Shown here in pieces: positions 18,250 through 27,864 of a stretch of 43,567 nt of DNA. The notes below the pieces were generated by a model. It worked only from the letters and a program-made list of their open reading frames with translations, ran no database searches and had not been told where the DNA came from. The position numbers and the translations under genes are program-made. Source of the stretch: an uncultured Anaerolineales bacterium (lineage in GTDB: Bacteria > Chloroflexota > Anaerolineae > UBA3071); assembly GCA_965369635.1 (NCBI GenBank), contig CBDURC010000001.1, positions 1 through 43,567 of the forward strand, read 5' to 3'. Within the stretch, counting starts at the first letter, position 1; each line of letters opens with the position of its first letter.

Positions 18250-19119
18250 ATGAAGAGTCCGCGCAGAAGCTCAGTCGTACCCCTTCTCCTCATAGCTTTC
18301 ACTATCGTAGCCCTCGTCCTGCACGAAGTTGGTTATCTGCAAGCAGCGGAGGATGTTGTCCTTCGCCTCGTCACGCCCGTCCAATCGTGGTTCAGCAACC
18401 GGGCCCGTGGCGTCGGCGATGTGGTGCAGACCATCCGGGATCTGCGCACCCTCCGTGACGAGAACGCCCGCCTGCGCCAAGAGAATGACGCCCTGATCAT
18501 TGAGAACGTGCAACTCAAAGAGGCAGAGGCAGAGAATGAACGTTTGCGCCGTCTACTGGACTTCACCAGGACCAATCCCTCCTACGACTACCGCGGCGGC
18601 GAAGTGGGCGCCCGCGTGATTGGACATGACCCCAGCGCCTATCTTGACTTCGTCATCATTGACCTGGGGGAGAGACAAGGGGCCTCATTGCGCATGCCGG
18701 TGGTGACCGAGAGGGGGCTGGTCGGGCGCATCACCGAGGTGCACGACACCTCCTCCGAGGTGCTGCTGATCACTGATGTCAACAGTGCGGTCACTGCTCT
18801 GATCCAGACATCCCGTGCCATGGGTGTCGTGCGCGGGTTGGCGGGCGGCGGGCTTCTGCTCGATCAGGTTCCACAAGACGTTGAGGTTCACGAGGGGGAA
18901 ATCGTCATCACCTCGGGACTGGGCGACGGCTTCCCCAGGGGTCTGGTCATCGGTCAGATCAGCAACGTGTATCAGCGGGATTACGAGATGTTTCAACAGG
19001 CACGCGTGCGCCCCACTGTGGATTTTCGCAATCTGGAGCAGGTGTTGGTGATCACCAACTTCGTGCCTATTGCCGACCCGCATAATCTGCCCGAAGAAGC
19101 CGAGACCATCGGCCCGTGA
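18250..19119 (+). CDS. mreC: Rod shape-determining protein MreC
   Basis: It has an N-terminal TM, a coiled coil (LRDENARLRQENDALIIENVQLKEAEAENERLRRLL) and C-terminal beta domains. It sits between mreB and mreD. Confidence 0.85.
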   Translation: MKSPRRSSVVPLLLIAFTIVALVLHEVGYLQAAEDVVLRLVTPVQSWFSNRARGVGDVVQTIRDLRTLRDENARLRQENDALIIENVQLKEAEAENERLRRLLDFTRTNPSYDYRGGEVGARVIGHDPSAYLDFVIIDLGERQGASLRMPVVTERGLVGRITEVHDTSSEVLLITDVNSAVTALIQTSRAMGVVRGLAGGGLLLDQVPQDVEVHEGEIVITSGLGDGFPRGLVIGQISNVYQRDYEMFQQARVRPTVDFRNLEQVLVITNFVPIADPHNLPEEAETIGP

Positions 19120-19161
19120 GCTCAAGCCCAAGGGAGGTTCGTCATCAGTTCCTACCTCTAC

Positions 19162-19644
19162 GTGCCGCTTCTGGCTGTCGTTGCGCTGCTGCAAGTGACT
19201 GTCGCCCCACGCGTCACCATCCTGGGGGCCAAGCCAGATTTCATGCTCTTGGCTGTAGTAGCCTGGAGCCTGTTGCGCGGGACAGGGGAGGGGATCATCT
19301 GGGGCTTCGTGGGGGGACTTTGTCTGAGTCTCTTCTCCGGCGGGCCGTTTGCTGTTCCGGCACTGGCGCTAATCGCTGTGGGCTTCTTCTCCGGACTGGG
19401 ACACACGAACATCTATCGAAGCCAAATCACCCTACCTCTCGTCACTACGCTGGTAGCCACCCTGATCTACGGGTCGTTCTTCCTATTCCTCTTGTACATC
19501 ACAGGACGCTCAGTCGTCTGGCTTGATACCCTGTTGCGCGTGATGCTGCCTTCCATGGTATTCAATGGTCTACTCATCATACCCGTCTACGTCGCCTTTC
19601 GCTGGCTCCACCACAGGACAGGGCACGAGGAGCTGCGATGGTGA
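19162..19644 (+). CDS. mreD: Rod shape-determining protein MreD
   Basis: Small polytopic membrane protein in the canonical position. Its stop overlaps the mrdA start (ATGGTGA, 19638-19644). Confidence 0.75.
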   Translation: MPLLAVVALLQVTVAPRVTILGAKPDFMLLAVVAWSLLRGTGEGIIWGFVGGLCLSLFSGGPFAVPALALIAVGFFSGLGHTNIYRSQITLPLVTTLVATLIYGSFFLFLLYITGRSVVWLDTLLRVMLPSMVFNGLLIIPVYVAFRWLHHRTGHEELRW

Positions 19645-21740
19645 GCTCTCGGAGGCCGCGGCGGTCCATGTCCCGCGTCCTGTTGTTGCGCATCGCCGTC
19701 GTACTGGCATTCGTCACCCTGGCCGGCCAGCTTTGGCGATTGCAGATCGTGCAGGGCGATACATTCCGCTGGAGAGCCAACAACAATCGCTTCCGGATCC
19801 TGCCCGAGCTGGCGGCACGGGGCGTGATCTACGACCGCCAAGGGTACATTCTGGCCCGAAACCTGCCGCGGTATCAGGTGGTGGTAGTACCCGAGGATCT
19901 GCCTGAAGAAGAAGCGGAGCAGGCACGTGTGCTGCGGCGGCTGATACGGTTGCTGGAAACGCCGTCCCCAACTTCGGCAGGGGCGAACGGCCATTCGCCC
20001 GTACCGGCGACCGGACGGTCGCCCTCGCTTGAGGAAACCCTCCCTGTCACCGAGACAACGTCGGCAAGCCCCGCCCCAGCCTTTCCCTCGCTGGAAGAGC
20101 TGCAAGCCAAGATCTCAGAAGCTGCTCAGGAGAGTGTTTTCCGTCCTGTGCTGGTGAGCGATAACACCCCGCGTGATGCTGCACTGCTGATTCAAGAGGA
20201 GAGCGGCAATCTACCAGGTATCCAGGTTCAGGTGCGGCCCCGTCGAGAGTATCCCAGCGGCGCACTGACCGCTGCCATCGTCGGCTACACAGGGCCGATT
20301 CCCCGTGAGTCTGTGGATGTATACGTTGAGCAGGGATACGCTCAGACGGACGAGATTGGCCTGGCGGGCCTGGAAGCGACCTTTGAGGATGCACTGCGCG
20401 GTGAGGCAGGCTACAGGGCGATCGTTGTGGACGTGTATGGTCGCGAAGTGCGCGGCATTGGCCAGCCACAGTCACCCGTTCCGGGCCACAACCTGGTTCT
20501 GACCATTGACCTGGAGTTGCAGCGGGTGGTGGAGGAGGCGCTGCGCAACGGTCTTGAGTCGGCCTACCGGCGCGCAGGCGTGGCCATTGCCATGGATCCC
20601 AGGAATGGTGCTGTCCTGGCTCTGGTCACCTTGCCCAGCTACGACAACAACCTCTTCGCCCAGGGGATCTCTGCCAAGGCCTATGCGGAGCTCACCGAAG
20701 ATCTTGACCACCCCTTGGTCAACCACGCCATCAGTGGCATCTATCCCCCGGGTTCTATCTTCAAGATCATTCCTGCCGCCGCTGGGTTGGAGGAAGAGGT
20801 GATCACTCCCCGAACCCTGCTGGGCGACAGCGAGCGATTGGATGGGGCCAACGACGGTGTGATCTGGTTGCCCAACAAGTACTTTCCATGGGACCGGCGC
20901 CAGGATCAGCCTTTCTACTGCTGGGCCCATAAGCTCGGGTATGGCCACGGGCGCATCAACGTGGTGACGGCCCTCGCAGTGTCGTGTGACGTTTTCTTCT
21001 ATCAGTTGTCTGGTGGCTATGTGAGGTTTGAAGGCCTGGGTCTGGAGACCCTCGACCAGTACGCCCAACTCTTTGGTCTGGGGCAGCTTACTGGCATTGA
21101 CCTGCCTGCTGAGAATCCCGGCTTGGTACCAGACGCCAAATGGAAGCGGCAGGTCTACGGTCAGAGCTGGGTCACCGGCGACACCTACAACATAGCCATC
21201 GGCCAGGGCTATGTTTTGGCCACACCGCTGCAGATGCTCAACGCCACCGTTGCGGTGGCCAACGGTGGCTATCTCTATCGCCCCAGGTTAGTCTATCGAA
21301 CCACGGATGCGAACGGAAAGGTGCTTCAGGACTTTGCCCCAGAGTTGATCCGGGAGCTGCCCATTGCTCGCGAGCATCTGGAGGTGGTGCGCCAGGGAAT
21401 GTATGAGGTGGTCAACTGGGAGCATGGCACGGCTGCCGATGCAGCGCTGCCCAACGTCGCCGTGGCTGGCAAGACGGGCACGGCGGAGTTCTTCATCGAT
21501 CGGGACCAGGATGGCTGGCCCGACCGAGACGCCGAGGGCAATCTCCCTACCCACGCCTGGTTCACTGCCTTTGCCCCCTACGAAGACCCTGAAATCGCTC
21601 TAGTGATCCTCATTGAGGGCGGGGGCGAAGGCTCGAAGGCCGCTGTGCCCGTGGCAGTCGAGATCCTGCAGGCCTATTTCGCTCCTGAGGAGCCTCCGGA
21701 GTTCACGGAAACAGAAAGTCAGCCGATTGAGCCGATATAG
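19638..21740 (+). CDS. mrdA: Penicillin-binding protein 2 (elongasome transpeptidase)
   Basis: It has an N-terminal TM, SxxK (PPGSIFKII) and KTG (AGKTGTAEF). A low-complexity insert (PSPTSAGANGHSPVPATGRSPS) lies in the N-terminal module. Confidence 0.9.
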   Translation: MVSSRRPRRSMSRVLLLRIAVVLAFVTLAGQLWRLQIVQGDTFRWRANNNRFRILPELAARGVIYDRQGYILARNLPRYQVVVVPEDLPEEEAEQARVLRRLIRLLETPSPTSAGANGHSPVPATGRSPSLEETLPVTETTSASPAPAFPSLEELQAKISEAAQESVFRPVLVSDNTPRDAALLIQEESGNLPGIQVQVRPRREYPSGALTAAIVGYTGPIPRESVDVYVEQGYAQTDEIGLAGLEATFEDALRGEAGYRAIVVDVYGREVRGIGQPQSPVPGHNLVLTIDLELQRVVEEALRNGLESAYRRAGVAIAMDPRNGAVLALVTLPSYDNNLFAQGISAKAYAELTEDLDHPLVNHAISGIYPPGSIFKIIPAAAGLEEEVITPRTLLGDSERLDGANDGVIWLPNKYFPWDRRQDQPFYCWAHKLGYGHGRINVVTALAVSCDVFFYQLSGGYVRFEGLGLETLDQYAQLFGLGQLTGIDLPAENPGLVPDAKWKRQVYGQSWVTGDTYNIAIGQGYVLATPLQMLNATVAVANGGYLYRPRLVYRTTDANGKVLQDFAPELIRELPIAREHLEVVRQGMYEVVNWEHGTAADAALPNVAVAGKTGTAEFFIDRDQDGWPDRDAEGNLPTHAWFTAFAPYEDPEIALVILIEGGGEGSKAAVPVAVEILQAYFAPEEPPEFTETESQPIEPI

Positions 21741-21809
21741 CCGATGGTTTTCTGGTGAGTTTTATCGGTTTCATCGGCTGGATTTGGTTTCATCGGCTTC
21801 ATCCGCTGA

Positions 21810-22913
21810 TTGATGAGGAGGACCATGGTTAGTAGACGGTGGCGACATTTCGACTATGTCCTGCTGGTTGTCACCCTGTTCCTGATCGCCCTCGGCGTTG
21901 TGATGATCTACAGTGCCACCGTCAATACGCCGGAATTGGAGGAATTGACCCGGCGGCAGTTGATCTACGCTGTGGTAGGACTGGGCCTGATGGGCCTGAC
22001 GGCCGTCATTGACTATCGCCTTCTGAGCAGCCTGGGCCTTGTGCTGTATTGTGCTACTCTGGGGATGCTGGGGGTGGTGTTCGTTGTCGGCCAAGTTCTG
22101 GGGGGGGCCCAGCGCTGGATTGACCTGGGGCTTTCCATCCAGCCCTCGGAGTTGGCCAAGCTGCTCACCATCATTGTCTTGGCCAAATTCCTGAGCGATC
22201 ACCAAGAGGACATCGGACGCTGGCGCTACGTGCTGATGGCTTTGGCCATTTTGATCCCTCCGGTGGTGCTGATCTACCTGCAGCCGCATCTGAGTTCGGC
22301 CATAGTGCTCACCGCTGTGGGAGCGGTGATGATCCTCGCGGGCGGCATTCGCTGGCTTCACGTCACGTTGATCGGTCTGGCTGGCGCTGCTGCCGCTCCC
22401 GTGCTGTGGTTTTCCCTCAAGGGCTACATGCAGGAACGTGTGCTGATCTTCATCAACCCCCAGGGCGACCTTGCCGCCAGCTACAACATCGAACAGGCGC
22501 TGACCAGCATCGGTTCGGGCGGCTGGCTGGGCAAAGGGTTTCTGCACGGCAGTCAGAGTCAGCTAGGCTTCCTGCGTGTGCGCCATGCCGATTTCATCTT
22601 CTCTGTCATCGCTGAGGAATTTGGTTTTGTGGGTTCCTTGCTGCTGCTGCTTCTGTTATTCATCATGATTTGGCGGCTGCTGCGCATCGCGGAGATGGCG
22701 CGGGATGACTTTGGCCGCTTGATTGTGGTGGGGATGGCCACCATCATCTTCGTCCAGAGCGTGATTAACATAGGCATGAATCTACATCTCTTGCCGGTGA
22801 CGGGCATTCCGCTTCCATTTGTCAGCCATGGCGGCAGTTCGTTGGTCACCCTGCTGCTGGGACTGGGATTGGCGCAGAGCGTGGCCATGCGACACCGGAA
22901 GATCGAGTTTTAG
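21810..22913 (+). CDS. rodA: Rod shape-determining protein RodA (SEDS glycosyltransferase)
   Basis: FtsW/RodA/SpoVE family features are IQPSELAKL and PFVSHGGSSL. It has about 10 TM. The start is ambiguous (TTG 21810, ATG 21813 or ATG 21825). Confidence 0.9.
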   Translation: MMRRTMVSRRWRHFDYVLLVVTLFLIALGVVMIYSATVNTPELEELTRRQLIYAVVGLGLMGLTAVIDYRLLSSLGLVLYCATLGMLGVVFVVGQVLGGAQRWIDLGLSIQPSELAKLLTIIVLAKFLSDHQEDIGRWRYVLMALAILIPPVVLIYLQPHLSSAIVLTAVGAVMILAGGIRWLHVTLIGLAGAAAAPVLWFSLKGYMQERVLIFINPQGDLAASYNIEQALTSIGSGGWLGKGFLHGSQSQLGFLRVRHADFIFSVIAEEFGFVGSLLLLLLLFIMIWRLLRIAEMARDDFGRLIVVGMATIIFVQSVINIGMNLHLLPVTGIPLPFVSHGGSSLVTLLLGLGLAQSVAMRHRKIEF

Positions 22914-22939
22914 AGGAATACAGTACTGTGATGGGCGAT

Positions 22940-22981
22940 GTCTCCTGACCGAGCACTGGTTCACCTTGGTCAGGAGACTTT
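22940..22981 (+). terminator. Hairpin plus short T-run downstream of rodA
   Basis: GTCTCCTGACC-17 nt-GGTCAGGAGAC forms an 11-bp perfect stem and is followed by TTT. Confidence 0.4.
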
Positions 22982-23019
22982 CGGTGAACCATGTTGAGCT
23001 GAATTGCGGAGGAATACCG

Positions 23020-24153
23020 ATGCCAGACCTTTCCACACATGATCTGCTTGCGCGAATCCAGGCCGCGGTGGTTGACGTCTTCGCCCTGCGAGATGTTACC
23101 GTTGAACGGCAGACCCCGTTCACCGTTCGGCTGCGCGGCCGTTTGCTCATAGCTTCCGACAGGGCCTATGAGCTGGTCTCCACGCGGCTGAGAGTGCTGG
23201 GATTCACCACGCTGTTCCGCCACGAAGCCGAGAATGAAAAGGAGAATGACGACGTCATACGAGCCGTTCGCGGCTTCCTGCCCGCAGCCAAGGCGCGGCC
23301 GTGGGTGGCCGGCGTGCTCCTGTTGGCCACGATGCTGTCGGTGTTGTACACTGGTATGGGCTTCGGAGCGGAGGATGTCAATGCTCGTCTCAGCCTGTTG
23401 GATGGTTGGCCATTCGCCGCAGGACTGCTGGGTACACTGCTGGCCCACGAACTGGGCCACTACTTCGTCGGGCGTCGCCTCGGGGTGCCGGTGAGCTTGC
23501 CCTACTTCATTCCCATGCCCTTCACCATCTTCGGCACCATGGGGGCCTTCATCCGCATGAAGGGGCCGGCCGTCAACCGCCGTCGCCTTCTGGCAATGGC
23601 TGCAGCGGGACCCCTGGCCGGGCTGGCCGTTGCCATCCCTGTCCTTATCCTTGGCCTTTCCCTATCGGAGATACGGCCTGAGGTCTTGCGCCCGCTGCCA
23701 GGGATGGTCGTCTTCAAGGAGGGCAATTCGCTGCTCTACATTGCACTGAAGATGTTGGTCTTCGGCCGGTTCCTGCCCAGCGGCGGCCAGGATGTGTGGC
23801 TACATCCGCTGGCCTTTGCCGGCTGGGCTGGGCTCTTTGTCACCGGCCTGAACCTCATCCCTGCTGGCCAGCTCGATGGCGGGCACATCATCTACACTCT
23901 GCTGGGCAAGCGAGCACGGGTGCTGACCTGGGTCATCGTCGGCGTCTTGGCAGCGCTTGACCTCATGAACTACTTCCTGTACGGGCAACTCAGTTGGTCA
24001 CTACTCGTTGTGCTCATCCTCATCTTTGGGAGAGCGCACGCTGCCCCCCTTGACGACGTCACCGAGCTCGACACACCGCGGAAGGCGTTGGCTTTGCTGA
24101 TGATGTTCGTTTTCGTCCTGACCTTCGTGCCCACTCCCATGGTTGTCCTCTGA
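23020..24153 (+). CDS. M50 family site-2 protease (intramembrane zinc metalloprotease)
   Basis: HELGHYFVGRR (HExxH) lies in a TM segment, and NLIPAGQLDGGH is the second metal-ligand motif. The start is ATG 23020 with GGAGG 7 nt upstream. The track ORF from 22819 overlaps rodA. Confidence 0.85.
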   Translation: MPDLSTHDLLARIQAAVVDVFALRDVTVERQTPFTVRLRGRLLIASDRAYELVSTRLRVLGFTTLFRHEAENEKENDDVIRAVRGFLPAAKARPWVAGVLLLATMLSVLYTGMGFGAEDVNARLSLLDGWPFAAGLLGTLLAHELGHYFVGRRLGVPVSLPYFIPMPFTIFGTMGAFIRMKGPAVNRRRLLAMAAAGPLAGLAVAIPVLILGLSLSEIRPEVLRPLPGMVVFKEGNSLLYIALKMLVFGRFLPSGGQDVWLHPLAFAGWAGLFVTGLNLIPAGQLDGGHIIYTLLGKRARVLTWVIVGVLAALDLMNYFLYGQLSWSLLVVLILIFGRAHAAPLDDVTELDTPRKALALLMMFVFVLTFVPTPMVVL

Positions 24154-24243
24154 TAGCCCAGAAGTCTGAGCAGAGGCGCTAGGGAGCAGGGGGGCAGAGG
24201 CGCTCTTTGGCTCCCCTGCACCTCGGCTCCTCTGCACCCATGC

Positions 24244-25356
24244 TCAGTTGCTGCTCGCTCCATCGATGCGCCAGACTGTATCCTCGTTCACCTTCTGCGA
24301 CGAGGTGTTGATCACCTGCCAGCGGTAGGTACGGTGCTCATCGTTGTCCGCCACGACGTCTGTCCAGATCTCCACCTGTTCCATGCCGCTCAGCTCCTCC
24401 CCTAGCGCAACGGCTTCTTCCCCAGAGGGGAGGGCGACGCCGGGGTAGGTGAACTCTAGCACACGGAACGACTTGACGTGGTGCAAATCCAGAGCCTTTG
24501 CCTCGTGGCGACCTTTCACCGTCATCAATCCATGCTCGCTGGGCGGCTTGAGTATCTCCGCTTGCCGTTTTCGCTGTGAGGAGAGGAGAAAGGTGAGGAC
24601 CACTCCTTCGGGATAGAAGGGGTGGTCGGGCGTCTCGTAGCAGAAGGTCAGTGAGGGGCTGCTCGGCTCGTAGCTGCCATCGTCTTGACGCGTGTATGTC
24701 TGCTTGCGACACTGCTGGCTGCGCTCGTACAGCCGATGGCGGACGATAACCTCCTCGATGACGCCGTTCCTGTTCTTGGCCACTGTCGTGATCCCACCGC
24801 TGCCCTGGAAGTGCTCGACTGTGTAGCCTTTGCCCTTTCCTGCCCAGCGGAAAATGGAAAGCCTGGTGATGGCAGGATCATGGCCATAGCCTCTGATGAT
24901 CAACTCGTCTGCCTTGCCATCTCCATCCGTATCCACTTGTTCGGGATCATCGATCCGCTTGTCAGCCAGGTAGCCTTGCCCCTTGCCCGGGTGGGTGTCA
25001 GGCAGCAACTTGTAGGGCACGAGGAACGCCGAGCGATACGGAATTGGGACGCCCGACTGGTGCGGTGAAATGTCCACCTGGGCATCGTAGATCATGCCTC
25101 CTATCGGACCGCGCTCCTCCTGGGCGGAGTCGTAGCGGTAGATAAGCAGCCACTCTTGCTCGCCATCACCGTCTATGTCCACGGTGGGCAACTGCTTGTC
25201 CTGCGGTTCCCATGCTTGGGGTATGATGCGTGCAAGGTCCAGGGGGAGTTCGATCCGCTGCTGCTGGGGCGTGCACTGCCGCATGCCGTACATCACTGCA
25301 AACACGGCAGCGAGCAACACCATGACTGCGATGGTTCCATTGCGGAGAGAGTCCAT
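24244..25356 (-). CDS. Membrane-anchored hypothetical protein with two FG-GAP/EF-like Ca-binding loops
   Basis: N-terminal TM is GTIAVMVLLAAVFAVMYG. The loops are DIDGDGEQEWLLIY and DTDGDGKADELIIRG. I recognised no other family. Confidence 0.55.
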   Translation of the reverse strand: MDSLRNGTIAVMVLLAAVFAVMYGMRQCTPQQQRIELPLDLARIIPQAWEPQDKQLPTVDIDGDGEQEWLLIYRYDSAQEERGPIGGMIYDAQVDISPHQSGVPIPYRSAFLVPYKLLPDTHPGKGQGYLADKRIDDPEQVDTDGDGKADELIIRGYGHDPAITRLSIFRWAGKGKGYTVEHFQGSGGITTVAKNRNGVIEEVIVRHRLYERSQQCRKQTYTRQDDGSYEPSSPSLTFCYETPDHPFYPEGVVLTFLLSSQRKRQAEILKPPSEHGLMTVKGRHEAKALDLHHVKSFRVLEFTYPGVALPSGEEAVALGEELSGMEQVEIWTDVVADNDEHRTYRWQVINTSSQKVNEDTVWRIDGASSN

Positions 25357-25374
25357 AACATGCCTGCCTTCTAG

Positions 25375-25402
25375 GTAGGGGCGACCGGCCGGTCGCCCCT
25401 AC
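25375..25402 (-). terminator. Perfect 28-nt palindrome that includes the lon stop codon
   Basis: GTAGGGGCGACCGG/CCGGTCGCCCCTAC has 14-nt arms. The lon TAG (25401..25399) lies inside one arm. There is no U-tract on the minus strand, and the next gene starts only 19 nt beyond. Confidence 0.35.
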
Positions 25403-27825
25403 TTTTCATGCACCAGCGCCTGCGCCAGTACCTCCTCCATGCGTTCCACCAGGACAAGGTTGAGGTCCCGCTTGACCCGGCGGGGGATATCCACCAGGTC
25501 TTTCTCGTTCTTCTTGGGCAGGAGGACTGTCTTCAGCCCGGCCCGATGGGCAGCCAGCAGCTTCTCCTTCAACCCGCCGATGGGCAGCACTCGCCCGCGC
25601 AGCGTGATTTCCCCCGTCATGCACACGTCGCGGCGCACGGGCGTTCTGCTGAGGGCGGAGACGAGCGCTGTAACCATGGTCACCCCTCCCGATGGGCCGT
25701 CCTTGGGGATTGCCCCTTCAGGCAAGTGAATGTGGATGTCCAGTTTGTCGAACTCGACATCGCCGAATCCGAACTTCTCGGCGTGAGAGCGAGTATAGGA
25801 GAGCGCTGCTTGCGCCGATTCCTGCAGCACCTGGCCCAACTGGCCGGTGAGCGTGAGATTACCTTTCCCGTCCATCAGCGTCACTTCCACCGTGGTCAGA
25901 TCGCCGCCCGCTTCGGTCCAGGCGATGCCTGTGGCCACCCCAATTTCGTTCTGCTCCTGGGCCAAGCCATAGGTGAACTGAGGTGGACCCAGATACTTGG
26001 TCAGCGATTTCACTGTGATGCGGCTGGCGGCTGGCTTCCCCTCGGCCACGCGGCGGGCTACCTTGCGGCAGACGTTGGCAATGGCTCGCTCCAGGTTGCG
26101 TACCCCCGCCTCGTAGGTGTACTCGCGGATCATCTGCCGCAGTGCCTGCTGCGAAAAACGGAGTTGGTTTGCAGAGAGCCCGTGCTCCTCCAACTGGCGC
26201 GGCATCAGGAAGCGCTTGGCGATCTCCAGCTTCTCATCCTCGATGTAGCCAGGGAAGCGGATGACCTCCATGCGGTCTTCCAGGGCTGGCGGAATGGTGT
26301 TCAGGATGTTGGCCGTGGTGATGAAGAGCACTTTCGAGAGATCGTAGGGCACGTCCAGGTAGTGATCGGAGAAGGCGTGGTTTTGCTCCGGATCGAGTAC
26401 CTCTAGCAGAGCGGCCGACGGATCGCCACGGAAGTCCGTGCCGATCTTGTCTACCTCGTCGAGCATGAACAACGGGTTCTTGGTGCCAGCATTGCGCATG
26501 GTCTGGATGATGCGCCCCGGCAGGGCACCGATGTAGGTGCGTCGGTGCCCGCGGATTTCCGCCTCGTCGCGGATACCGCCCAGGGAGACTCGAACGAACT
26601 TACGACCCAACGCCTTGGCAATCGACTTGCCCATGGATGTTTTGCCCGTGCCGGGCGGTCCCACAAAACAGAGGATAGGCGTGCGCATCTTGTCGGCGGC
26701 CAGCTTGCGCACAGCCATGTGTTCCAGGACTCGCTCTTTCGCCTTGGGCAGCCCGTAGTGATGTGCCTCAAGGATCTCCTCAGCATAGGCGATATCCAGG
26801 TTGTCTTCTGTGGTTTCATGCCACGGCAGATCGATGAGCCAGTCCAGGTACGTGCGGATGATGCCCACCTCTGGCGCAGCAGGGGGCATCATGCCCAGAC
26901 GCTCCAGTTCCTTCGCCGCTTTCTCCTGAGCGGCCTCCGGCATACGGGCGGCAGCGATCTTCTCTCGTAGCTCGGTGGTTTCTTGAGTCCGAGCGTCTGT
27001 CTCTCCTAGTTCTCTCTGAATGGCCTGCAATTGCTCTCGCAGGAAGTACTCTCGCTGGGACTTGTCCATGGTCTGCTGTACCTGGGTATGGATGCGGTTT
27101 TCCAACTCCAGCACGTCCAGTTCCTTACCCAGAAGCACACTCAACCGCTGCAAGCGCGAAATCGGGTCAAGTGTCTCCAGCAGTTCCTGCCGATGTTCCG
27201 TGTCTATGCTCAAGATCGCAGCGATCAGGTCTGCCAGCATGCCTGGTTCGTCCGTGTTCATGGCCGCCACGTAGGCATCGCCCGGCAGATTGGGAGAAAG
27301 CTGGACGCATCTCTCGAAGAGTCCCAACACAGCGCGCATCAATGCCTCCACCGATGCAGCCTTCACGCTGGGCTCGAAGATGGGCAATGCCCGCACGCGA
27401 ATGTAGGGTTCGGTGTGCACCACATCGACGATCTGCATGCGCTGCCGCCCCTGGCCCAGAACGTTGGTTGTGCCATCCGGCATGCGCAGTACACGGCCAA
27501 TGATGAACTCAGTGCCTACGGCATACACATCGTTGACGCCAGGGTCATGGATCTCTTCATCTCGCTGCGCCACAACCAGCAGCAGGTCGTTATTGGCCGC
27601 AGCGGCTTCCACAGCCTTCCCTGATCGATCCCTGCCCACGACGAGGGGGGCCAGCATCTGCGGAAAGACCACCGTGCCTCGCAATGGCAGCAACGGGTAT
27701 TCCATGATTTCGACGTCCGCTAGTGCTTCCAGTCCTTCCTCTCCCTTGCCCTGCGACGAGCCGTGAGCCGGCGCGTCGAGGAGCGAGAAGCCTGGTGCAC
27801 CGTCCATCGGTAACCATCTGTCCAT
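25399..27825 (-). CDS. lon: ATP-dependent Lon protease (LonA)
   Basis: It has a LON N-domain, Walker [10 protein letters not shown] and a proteolytic domain with PKDGPSGG and [15 protein letters not shown]. Confidence 0.95.
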   Translation of the reverse strand: MDRWLPMDGAPGFSLLDAPAHGSSQGKGEEGLEALADVEIMEYPLLPLRGTVVFPQMLAPLVVGRDRSGKAVEAAAANNDLLLVVAQRDEEIHDPGVNDVYAVGTEFIIGRVLRMPDGTTNVLGQGRQRMQIVDVVHTEPYIRVRALPIFEPSVKAASVEALMRAVLGLFERCVQLSPNLPGDAYVAAMNTDEPGMLADLIAAILSIDTEHRQELLETLDPISRLQRLSVLLGKELDVLELENRIHTQVQQTMDKSQREYFLREQLQAIQRELGETDARTQETTELREKIAAARMPEAAQEKAAKELERLGMMPPAAPEVGIIRTYLDWLIDLPWHETTEDNLDIAYAEEILEAHHYGLPKAKERVLEHMAVRKLAADKMRTPILCFVGPPGTGKTSMGKSIAKALGRKFVRVSLGGIRDEAEIRGHRRTYIGALPGRIIQTMRNAGTKNPLFMLDEVDKIGTDFRGDPSAALLEVLDPEQNHAFSDHYLDVPYDLSKVLFITTANILNTIPPALEDRMEVIRFPGYIEDEKLEIAKRFLMPRQLEEHGLSANQLRFSQQALRQMIREYTYEAGVRNLERAIANVCRKVARRVAEGKPAASRITVKSLTKYLGPPQFTYGLAQEQNEIGVATGIAWTEAGGDLTTVEVTLMDGKGNLTLTGQLGQVLQESAQAALSYTRSHAEKFGFGDVEFDKLDIHIHLPEGAIPKDGPSGGVTMVTALVSALSRTPVRRDVCMTGEITLRGRVLPIGGLKEKLLAAHRAGLKTVLLPKKNEKDLVDIPRRVKRDLNLVLVERMEEVLAQALVHEK

Positions 27826-27864
27826 TGTCAGTCTATTTCCTCAATTACTCGCCATGCGTATTCG

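Noticed and set aside
24154-24243. Direct repeat GCAGAGGCGCT x2 and imperfect hairpins between the convergent M50 and hypothetical genes
   Set aside because: They are short and imperfect. They are most simply ordinary convergent-terminator sequence, and no further structure is supported.
25408-26406. 332-aa plus-strand ORF opposite lon
   Set aside because: It is a shadow ORF. The minus frame is an unmistakable LonA.
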